Assembly: GCF_009914755.1 (NCBI RefSeq)
Contig: NC_060933.1
Strand: one strand, 5' to 3'
Length of the DNA stretch: 64,000 bases
From: the human T2T-CHM13v2.0 reference genome, Homo sapiens
Positions within the stretch are counted from its first letter, which is position 1. Each line of letters opens with the position of its first letter. The translations under genes and the position numbers were made by a program. The notes below the pieces were generated by a model. That model saw nothing but the letters and a program-made list of their open reading frames with translations, made no database searches and was not told the origin of the DNA. Below are positions 53,791 to 64,000 of this stretch, in pieces.

Positions 53791-56700
53791 GGAAACTTAA
53801 AGAAAATAATTACAGCATGCTGTTTGCTATCTAATTCTCACTTACATCCCCTCACTTTATCATGAAAATTATTACATAACAGAACATTTTTTGAGGCGGT
53901 CAAGTAAAACAGCTGTTAAGAAAGAAGACTGGTCTCAAACCAAGGAAAGGAAACCATTCCTCAGGTTCACAGGTACAAAAATGATGGCATATTCCATCTT
54001 CTTGCTTTGTAAATATTGTTTTTCAATTATAGATATCAATTTTATATGCTTTAACTGGACATATCTAATTTTTCATCTGTCATGTTTTCGTCATTTAGCG
54101 TTACAGAGATTTGCATTATATGTTAGATCACTGTCTGGGTAACATTCACAACAGGACTCTTAGGTAGGAATTGGCCTCATTTAAAGAAGAGAAAAAAGGA
54201 GGTTCCAAGTCTTTGAGTTTCAAATCTATACTATAAAATGAAGTTCGGTGTTCTTTTCCAGTGTCACCTGCCTTTTCAAAAACATTTATTCTGCCTCTTC
54301 TCTCCTTTCCCCCAGAAGACAGAATGAGAACATTAGATTCCGCTGTCTGGTGCTCTAACCTAGAAACATCATTGCAAGACAGATGTATTCTCTCCCATTT
54401 TCAAGAGCCAGGCAATTTGAACACTATTATTGGACCTATAATCTGCTAAAAAAAATTAATTCTGTGTTCCAAATGTGTAGAACTGCAATACTATAATTTG
54501 ACCATTTTCAGCAGCTGCTGTGCCCACTATGTTTGAAAGTATTTTTAAAATAGCTAAGACATCATATCACCTGTGTGGTTATATTCAGAATAATTGTTGG
54601 GTTCAAATTATATAAGACAAAAAATACGTTTTCTATAACTAAATATGAACGTAATTCAAATTGCATATAATTTTCTGTAAATATGAAGGAATGTAAATTA
54701 CCTCTTCCACTAACCTTTTCTGGACGCTCCTTGGACCAGAATTACCAGTGACCAGTGCCTGTTTATTCTTTGCCTAAGAATGTAGCTTTCATTCACATAC
54801 ACTTTTAATTGTAACTAATTATGACCCAAAAAAGAAGCTAATGTGTTTTAAGTTCCTACTCTCTACCATAAACTTGTGTAGTGGGGCTAACAGAGGCTGG
54901 TTAGCTTGCTCTGAGTTTAACTGTTATCATATATGCTAAGTTTATGGTACTGAGCTGAGAGAAGCTAGAAATGCAGCATGATGCTACAAAGCTCATAAGA
55001 GGTGCAGCCAAGATTTTTTACAGCTCACGTGCATTTGACTACTATTGCTAATAATGTTCAATACACCCTAGGGCCTCTATATGAAAACTAAAGACAAAAG
55101 GAATGTGTACTTTTTCACATAATGAGCAATTCCTTAATGTGCTTACTACTTCTAGAAGAAAAACTGTGAGGGAGACAGAAGAGACAAAAGCTTTCTTAAA
55201 AAAAGGGGGTTGGGGACATGAATGGCAGAAGGGTTTGCTTCCTATAACCTCCAGGGCATGAGTCCTTTAACTTATCAACTGGGATGTTTTTCTTTTTCTC
55301 TGGGTTTCAATGAAGTCACTTTCACAGTCAGAAGTGAAAGAAACTGAAAAACCAAGGCAGAATGGGGCAGTTAGCCTGACGAGTTTCATTAGCTTAATAG
55401 CTAAAGCAATCAGTTAAGACCCAGCTTTGAAGGACCCAACAAAACTTTGGCCTTTCCTTCAAACTGAAACTACAAACACTTTAGTTTCCACTGATTATTC
55501 TAAAACTTGGCTAAGAACTCAGAGGAGACAGGATTGTCTCTTTTTAGAAAATAAAATAAATTATTAAAATAAAATGTTTTATTATCAATTTAACCTAAAA
55601 AGAACTACTATGTGTCCATTTCCAAGGAAGATGAATTTTGAGTCAGGTTCTCTACAAGCCAAAGAAGATGCCAACAATTGCCCTGAAAAACACTTACAAA
55701 ACTACAAAGCACAGGTCACAGTCAAATATTGGGGAGAAAAGTACAAGACCCTGAAGAATATTCCCATAACAATCTTGAGTGTTTGTGTGTGTTTTCAGCT
55801 TTAACATTCCCTGATCAAAACTCCAGTGGCTCCCAATTGCCTAGATAATAAATTATAATTCCTTAACTTTACATTTAATATTCATCACAAATTGGCAAAC
55901 CAGTTCTCCTCTTTTTTTTTTCCTTTTCCTACTATCCTCCTGTAATTGTTTTCTTCTGTAGAATTCCCACTGATGCCTTTTAGCCTCAGTCTATTACCTG
56001 AGGCATTTCCCCCTCAGCTCATCAGGACCAAATTCAATGAATATGATGAAATCTTGTGCTACCCCTCTCAGATGATTTCTCCTTCTTTGAAATGCATCTG
56101 TACTTAATCTGGGTGTTTGAATAAAATGTGTAGTGATTCAGAGGCTTCCCCGGGAATGGTGACTGATTGCCTACCAACACACCTATGGCAATGCTTGGTG
56201 ATTTTACCAAGGTCCACATTCTGTCCCTTAGTACCACAGACTTAAAATTGATTTGTAAGTAAGAAGAGACTGGATCTCATTCACAGGTGTAGATTCACAC
56301 GAGCTCACAGATATGACTAGGAAGTAGAGTGCCAAGCTTTACAATGAGAAACAGAGGCCTATGGGGAGCAACCACCAAATTTCTCTGCTCATTCTTTCTT
56401 TATATCCAAGTTACCTGAATGCGGGCTTGTCATTGGAAGGGAACACACAGTCAGATCAAGAGGATTACTTATGTGAATGGCATATTTCATGGCATTGGGC
56501 TAATACAAATGCCAGATTCGTTTTCCTCCACTCTAAGGATAACCGTTCCAGTGGGATGACAAGACTTAAATTCCTTGGGTGAACCCTGCCTTCCCAGACC
56601 TTGGAAAATTCCCTTTATTCTCCTCCATTGCTGACCATCTACTCTACAACTGACTTTTTTCTTTTACCTAGATGAAAAACTTTATTTTTAAAAATGTTTG

Positions 56701-56899
56701 GTCTAACTACGCTTTTTAAAAATTTTGTAAGTACCTCAATTTTTTATTCACTTAATCCACATTATGTTGTTTTTATGACATCAGAAGTCGATTTCTTTTT
56801 TTCTTTTTTCTTTTTTTTTTTTTTACATCTATGATAGTCCCTTCTATTAAAACCACATTTCTTTTTCTGTCTGGGACAGAATGCTCCCTCATATTTTTC

Positions 56900-58200
56900 T
56901 TTTATAAAACTGACTGTGCAAGTTATATACTTTTATTCTTTCATATGAATTTAGGATAAGTACTCAAATCCCTAAAAAAAAACCAGCTAAATCTTTAATG
57001 GATTCAATTGAATGTATAGACTAATTTGAGAGGGAAATGACAGCATTCTTATATTTTTATCCTACCTATTAACATGTCATACCTTTTCAATTACTCATAT
57101 TCTACTATGCCCTTCATTATAATATAATTTTTAAAGAATTTCTATAAAGGTCTTACGTATCCCTTGTTGAGATAAATGTAGATCCTTATTTTTTGTTATA
57201 TTTGTTTCTATTACTTTATTGTTTGTTGTTCATATAGAGAAAGCTATTGATTTTTCTGTTAAGCTTGCTTCCAGAAGTCTTACTAATTTTTCTCATCTTG
57301 CCTTACAAATTTTTGTCTTTAATCTGTACTTCAGCCATTTTCTTGTCTTATGATTTTAACCAAGGCTATCAATTTTACATTAAAGAGTAACTATAAGAGT
57401 GGGCATCCTTATCAAATTCCAGATCTTAATAAAATGTATAAAATGGCCGGGTGCGGAGGCTCACACCTGTAATCCCAGCACTTTGGGAGGCCGAGGTAGG
57501 TGGATTACCTGAGGTCAGGAGTTCAAGACCAGCCTGACCAACATGGTGAAATCCTGTCTCTACTAAAAATACAAAAATTAGCCGGGCATGGTGGTGCATG
57601 CCTGTAATCCCAGCTACTCAGGAGGATGAGGCAGGAGAATCATTTGAACTCAGGAGGCGGAGGTTGCAGTGAGCTGAGATCGTGCCACTGCACTCCAGCC
57701 CGGGCGACAGTGCAAGACTTTGTCTCAAAAAACAAAACAAAACAAAACAAAAAAACTTTAAGAATGTATAAACTGTCTCCATCAAGTATTAGTGAATAAT
57801 AACTTAATATCTTTTTTTGGTATATGGTTTTCTTTGAAGTTCAGAAAGTCACCTTCTGCTTGAGGATTTCAGATAGTTTCTATAAAAATTACAAATTGAA
57901 CTTTACTAAATGTGTTTTCTGCATCTTTTGAAATAATTACTACTTTTTTCCTTAAGTCTATTCATACCATAATTTACTGATGTTTACCAAATGTTTAAGA
58001 AAGGATAATTCTTATCTCCTACAATAATAGTCCCATTACCTTGGGTTATTATGAATTAAAAAAATTAGAAATGTATCTGGCATAATCAATACATAAATTA
58101 CTATCTTATTATTCTTGTTGTTGATTAAAGGATTTTATGTATTGCATTGACGATTTTAAAACTATGCTCCCTGGAATCCTCTTAAACTTAACTGAGGGAG
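56900..58200 (-). mobile_element. Old L1M/L1ME ORF2 fragment interrupted by an Alu
   Basis: T-rich; GAATGTATAGACTAATTTGAGAG and GAGTGGGCATCCTTATC..TTCCAGATCTT are typical antisense ORF2 words. Confidence 0.6.
57445..57755 (+). mobile_element. AluSx/Sz-like
   Basis: Full dimer, (AAAAC)n tail. Confidence 0.92.
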
Positions 58201-58701
58201 TAAGAGTGAATAAACAAGTAAAGAATGGTGTTTTATTCTCCCCTGTACACCAGTGTAACTTCAACTGGAGAAATTTTCCTTTTTATTTGTTTTATATATT
58301 ACACTTCTGTATAAATTTTATTTTTCAATAATGAATGGTTAGACATCATTGGTTCAGTTCAATGTATATATTTTGAATAAAAGCACTATTATCACAATTG
58401 ATTCTTTAGTTGTTGCATGCTTGAAAATAAATTAGGTAGAGGCTACAATAAACACCATTACATATTTTAATCAAAGCCAGTGATAAAATTGGCTTTGTAA
58501 ATTTTAATTTATTCAATTTTTTAAAAATCATTTCTTTGAATGAATACTTCCTCATTGTACTGAAAAAACATACTGGAGGAGTATGAAGGTATGTTCCTTT
58601 TCTCAACGAGGTTACTCTCCTCAAAGAGGTCATATGCAGATACATAACCACTACTATACCCCAGTAGACCAGACTGAGTTTTCAAAAGATGCTCAACCAC
58701 A

Positions 58702-58953
58702 CAGGGCCACATTATGATTTTGATGGGCCCTAGGCACTTTTTTTTTTTTTTTTTTTTTGGCCTTTGTGGGGCCTTATTTCCATAAAGATTTAAAAGTCAT
58801 ATTTTACTTCTGCATTGTTACAAAAACAAATATAGTATATATTAAAACTTTAAAGTTAACGTTTTTCTTCATATTTTAAAAGAAATCAAAACATTTTCCT
58901 AGGTTTTTCACAATATGGTCGGAGTACTGTGCCTAATGGATAAGTTGGCCGTG
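58702..58953. mobile_element. Non-autonomous hAT-Tip100 element (ORSL-like)
   Basis: Termini CAGGGCC...GGCCGTG; internal GGGCCCTAGGCAC and TACTGTGCCTAATGGATAAG. Confidence 0.55.
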
Positions 58954-59266
58954 CAGCCATAAGTCAAGATTCCAAATCCATATAAGATCCTGCCAGGTAA
59001 TATAAACAATTGAGACCAACAATTGAGAATAACATGAGACTAACATGTTAATTGATAACTTATATTCACCTCCAGTGACAAGAGAGTGAGGATTGTAGTC
59101 TGGTAGAATGGAGGGACATGCGTTGGATCCAATGGGTCAGTTATTAATATAACTAAGCTCCATGACAGAAACAGGTCTAAAGTTTTCAAATATTCTAATT
59201 TATTCAAAGACAAGCTGAAGGCACAGATTTTTATACCATATCTGTTGATTAGAATGTTGATCTCTA

Positions 59267-59583
<317 letters not shown>

Positions 59584-59904
59584 TCAAATTTAAACACAGT
59601 GCAGACAATCACTGCCAAACAAAGCACACCTGTCTGCTGAATCCAGGCTGTAGAACACTGATTTGCAGCCAATGGGTTAAGAGGCAGAACTTGTGGAAAC
59701 AGCAATAAAGTGGATTGGGATCCAAAGGTCCTATAATCATGTGTTCTCTCTTAACTCTGAGACAGGTTAGGATTCCTACTCTAGTGGCCTGGGTTTTACA
59801 GGAAGAAATTGTCCCCAAACTTATATTGTTGCATCCAAAAACAGAACTGCAATAATACAGAATATGATTCTTAAAAGTAGCTCTCACAGACACTGTATTA
59901 ACAT

Positions 59905-59926
59905 ATTCCTGTTCTATCATTCACAG
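59905..59926 (+). promoter_or_regulatory. Candidate splice acceptor of the OR13C8 coding exon
   Basis: TTCCTGTTCTATCATTCACAG, ending 28 nt before the ATG. Confidence 0.6.
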
Positions 59927-59954
59927 AGTTCTGTTGGAGATCAGTATATGTAAT

Positions 59955-60917
59955 ATGGAAAGGACCAACGATTCCACGTCGACAGAATTTTTCCTGGTAG
60001 GGCTTTCTGCCCACCCAAAGCTCCAGACAGTTTTCTTCGTTCTAATTTTGTGGATGTACCTGATGATCCTGCTTGGAAATGGAGTCCTTATCTCAGTTAT
60101 CATCTTTGATTCTCACCTGCACACCCCCATGTATTTCTTCCTCTGTAATCTTTCCTTCCTCGACGTTTGCTACACAAGTTCCTCTGTCCCACTAATTCTT
60201 GCCAGCTTTCTGGCAGTAAAGAAAAAGGTTTCCTTCTCTGGGTGTATGGTGCAAATGTTTATTTCTTTTGCCATGGGGGCCACGGAGTGCATGATCTTAG
60301 GCACGATGGCACTGGACCGCTATGTGGCCATCTGCTACCCACTGAGATACCCTGTCATCATGAGCAAGGGTGCCTATGTGGCCATGGCAGCTGGGTCCTG
60401 GGTCACTGGGCTTGTGGACTCAGTAGTGCAGACAGCTTTTGCAATGCAGTTACCATTCTGTGCTAATAATGTCATTAAACATTTTGTCTGTGAAATTCTG
60501 GCTATCTTGAAACTGGCCTGTGCTGATATTTCAATCAATGTGATTAGTATGACAGGGTCGAATCTGATTGTTCTGGTTATTCCATTGTTAGTAATTTCCA
60601 TCTCTTACATATTTATTGTTGCCACTATTCTGAGGATTCCTTCCACTGAAGGAAAACATAAGGCCTTCTCCACCTGCTCAGCCCACCTGACAGTGGTGAT
60701 TATATTCTATGGAACCATCTTCTTCATGTATGCAAAGCCTGAGTCTAAAGCCTCTGTTGATTCAGGTAATGAAGACATCATTGAGGCCCTCATCTCCCTT
60801 TTCTATGGAGTGATGACTCCCATGCTTAATCCTCTCATCTATAGTCTGCGAAACAAGGATGTAAAGGCTGCTGTCAAAAACATACTGTGTAGGAAAAACT
60901 TTTCTGATGGAAAATGA
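59955..60917 (+). CDS. OR13C8: Olfactory receptor 13C8, 320 aa
   Basis: ATG at 59955 (MERTNDS), TGA ends at 60917. Motifs [50 protein letters not shown]. Confidence 0.95.
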   Translation: MERTNDSTSTEFFLVGLSAHPKLQTVFFVLILWMYLMILLGNGVLISVIIFDSHLHTPMYFFLCNLSFLDVCYTSSSVPLILASFLAVKKKVSFSGCMVQMFISFAMGATECMILGTMALDRYVAICYPLRYPVIMSKGAYVAMAAGSWVTGLVDSVVQTAFAMQLPFCANNVIKHFVCEILAILKLACADISINVISMTGSNLIVLVIPLLVISISYIFIVATILRIPSTEGKHKAFSTCSAHLTVVIIFYGTIFFMYAKPESKASVDSGNEDIIEALISLFYGVMTPMLNPLIYSLRNKDVKAAVKNILCRKNFSDGK

Positions 60918-61021
60918 ATACTGATTTATACTACATGACTTAATATTCAATGCTGCTGCAGACATAAAATTCAGAAAGATAAAATTACCATGTGAAAACA
61001 AATTTTGCCATGTGGCATTCA

Positions 61022-61381
<360 letters not shown>

Positions 61382-61639
61382 CTATAGAAATAAAACATGC
61401 TCCTGGTGTTAAAACATACTATCATGGATAAATGTTGAAAATCTCTTTGGAAGCCTGAGCAGAAAATAATCACTCTCCAATCTTCGGAAAATAATAAAGG
61501 CAAAAGGCATTTGAAAAAGCAATTTATGACCTATATTAAATTCATTATTTATTAGTATGCAAAGTAAATATTAATCACCACATGATGTATTATATATTCA
61601 TTTTTAATTGTTCATTTATTTACTGTACATTGTCCACTA

Positions 61640-61757
61640 CACATATAAGCTCCCTGAGGGTAGGATCTTGTCTGTTTATTACCCTACAACATCCAAAAAA
61701 TCCTGTAATAGAGCCTGACACATAATGGGTGCTCAATAAATATTTTTGAACAAATAG
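61640..61757 (+). mobile_element. L2 3' end
   Basis: TAAGCTCCCTGAGGGTAGG...GCCTGACACATAATGGGTGCTCAATAAATATTTTTGAA. Confidence 0.75.
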
Positions 61758-62673
61758 GTGAGCCACCTCACATATAAAACGAGAAATGTATGTTTGTGGT
61801 ATCTGAGGTAGCAAAGGTTATTCATCAGAAATTGATTAGATTAAATACTTCTAAATAAACTGTATTGACATTTAGTCATATACACTCCTTAATAGCTAAG
61901 GCATCACCTTTTATTTTCCATAACTTTTCTTGAATTTGATTTATAATAAGACTAAGATAAATGAAAGAGTTCCCTGGTAATGCGTCCTAAGTTTTAATTT
62001 AATAAAACATAGATAGCCTGGTAGCATAGTGCTACTCTTGGACTTTGAGAAGAGACCAGGCTGAAATAAGGACTTTTTTTCTACTCTACATTAGATCACA
62101 CAGAATCTAAGTAGTAGAAAAACTAGACAGAACTAGTGACTGACAAAAATTGCAACATGAGTATAAGAAGTGGCAGAAGAAATTAAGTCAAGTTATCCAA
62201 TGTACTAAGGAGCACAGGGTTTTGGGCACTGAGGGATAAGACAGAGATGGCTCAAAAGTGAGATCATCTCTATTTATGCTCCCTGTGGGGCAGCACCCAT
62301 GTGAGGAAGTCCCACCTGCATTGAAGGAATTGAGTCAGTGATGGTCAATAGAAGAAAGCATTCCCTTTACCTACAGATCTTTGAGGAGTCTATGGTAGTT
62401 GAAATGTAAAACAGAAATCCAAAGTAAAAGACTAGAGCTACTTCTAACTTGTGAGAGTAAGAGCACAATACCTTCCCATGTGTTAACAGGCAATTATTGT
62501 AATTTCATAACATAATAAGTTAATTCATGCATAGCACTTAATAGTGCCTGGAAAATCCAAAATCCCCAATACACATCAACTATTTTATTATTTTTAGTGT
62601 TGGGTATACTTTAATAAGTCTTAAAGCTTTGAGTTGGCATGCAATTTTTATCCTTTTTTTTAGGGCATAACTA

Positions 62674-63020
62674 ATGCTATTAACTCTCTTAGCTTCGAAT
62701 CTACTTTTCTATGTTCTGCCTTGTTAGTTAGGGTTGGCACACTAAAAATCACATTTCATTTCTCTTTTGTTAACTAGCTTCTGTTAGACTCTACCAGAAG
62801 AAGTGCTAGAGGGTAAATGAAAGCTTCGATGAAAGTAAGGGATTTGCCCCTCCCTATTTGCTTCCCATTCCTGTCAGCATCACCCCAGCTTTAGTTCTTC
62901 ACTATGACAATTAGCTGCTTCCAATATTGGTTTTAGTTCCATCTATTTTTCTCCATAATCCAGAATTAATAATCTACCAGCACCATATCCTCAGAGTTTT
63001 AAGTCTGTCACTTGGCTCTT
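62674..63020. mobile_element. Old ERVL LTR (LTR33-like)
   Basis: CTGTTAGACTCTACCAGAAGAAGTGCTAGAGGG resembles a recalled LTR33 consensus segment. Confidence 0.4.
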
Positions 63021-63274
63021 ATTTCTGGTAAATTATAAGGCCTATCAAGTTTTTAGTCTCTCTTGAGGTATCTTTAAAAGCAATGAAATATGCGACTATC
63101 TGCTTGAGAAATGTAGCAAATCAGATGGATAATAAGCAATAGACTGGGTCAAGCAAGACATTTTCTTTTTCTTCTGCAGTTGCTTTCTTGTTTTTAAACT
63201 GTAGACTATTAAAAGTCTCTTTAGTACACTCTCAAATGGAATAATTATAATAATTATATAATCATTATATAATA

Positions 63275-63900
63275 ATCAGAGCCTCAGGGAAATGTGAGAC
63301 AATACTAAGAGTACCAAGACACACATAATGGAAATAACAGAAAGAAGAAGGCAGAAAAAAATACTTATTTAAGTAATTGCTAAAAACATCACAAATTTGA
63401 TGAAACACTAGTCTATACATCCAAGAAGATCAATGAATTTTAAGTAAGGTAAACTAAAAAGAGATCTACACTCAGATACACCATAGTCAAAATATTGTAA
63501 GATAAAGAAGAAAAAAAAAACACCTCATAAACATCAAGAGAAAACTGGTTCATCATGTGTAAGGGAGCCACTATAAGATTAACAGCAAACTTCCCATCAG
63601 AAACAATTGAGGCTATATGGCAATTGGATAACATATTCAAAGTCCTGGAAGAAGAAATAAAAAACAAAAATAAAAATAAATGTCAACCAAGAAGCCCATG
63701 TTCAGCAAAACCATATTTCAAAAATAAAGGTGAAATAAACGTGTTACCTGATAAACAAATTGAGATGATTCTTTGCAGGCAGACTTACCTTATGAAGATA
63801 CTAAAGGAAGTTCTTCAGGATAAAAAAAAAGTAATACCAAACAGCAATTCAATGCACACACATACACAGAAGGTAATTCAAAAATACACTTTAAAAAATA
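63275..63900 (+). mobile_element. L1M ORF1 fragment
   Basis: KGATIRLTANFPSETIEAIWQLDNIFKVL...CQPR is the L1 ORF1p C-terminal domain. Confidence 0.8.
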
Positions 63901-64000
63901 AGTAAGTGAATTAAAATGCTATGTTAGCTTATGTGGTTAGGCTGCCTAAAATTTTCTTGTAAACCTGCATGTTCTTTTTGGTTTATTTTGGAGGGAGAAG

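Noticed and set aside
59934-59954. 7-aa extension of OR13C8 (327 aa)
   Set aside because: TTG start; the first in-frame ATG is 59955.

Overview
Primate, very probably human, genomic DNA from the chr9q31 OR13C olfactory-receptor cluster; this placement rests on recognising the proteins, not on a database search. There are three intact single-coding-exon class II OR genes: OR13C4 (-, 17040-17996), OR13C3 (-, 26558-27511, or to 27601 with an N-terminal extension) and OR13C8 (+, 59955-60917). All three have the ~6-aa longer third extracellular loop typical of the OR37/OR13C group. OR13C4 and OR13C3 sit in an ancient tandem duplication (~14500-24600 vs ~26150-44950) that also copied a MER5A and a decayed class III (ERVL-type) provirus. 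The rest is mostly interspersed repeats (L1, Alu, MaLR/ERV LTRs, DNA transposons). I found no new protein-coding system. The most interesting signals are regulatory: (i) one ordered promoter motif set (TAATTG-x-GTCTG...TCCCT...TTTAAATTGC...GTAAGT donor) upstream of all three genes; (ii) upstream ATGs next to all three start codons, including a 30-codon leader that is in frame in OR13C3 and frameshifted by 1 nt in OR13C4; (iii) patches of perfect identity between the paralogs suggesting gene conversion; (iv) a sense THE1 LTR 66 bp after the OR13C4 stop; (v) a direct-repeat-flanked, 5'UTR-only L1 with an open ORF0-like frame. Repeat subfamily names are from memory of consensus sequences and their boundaries are approximate.
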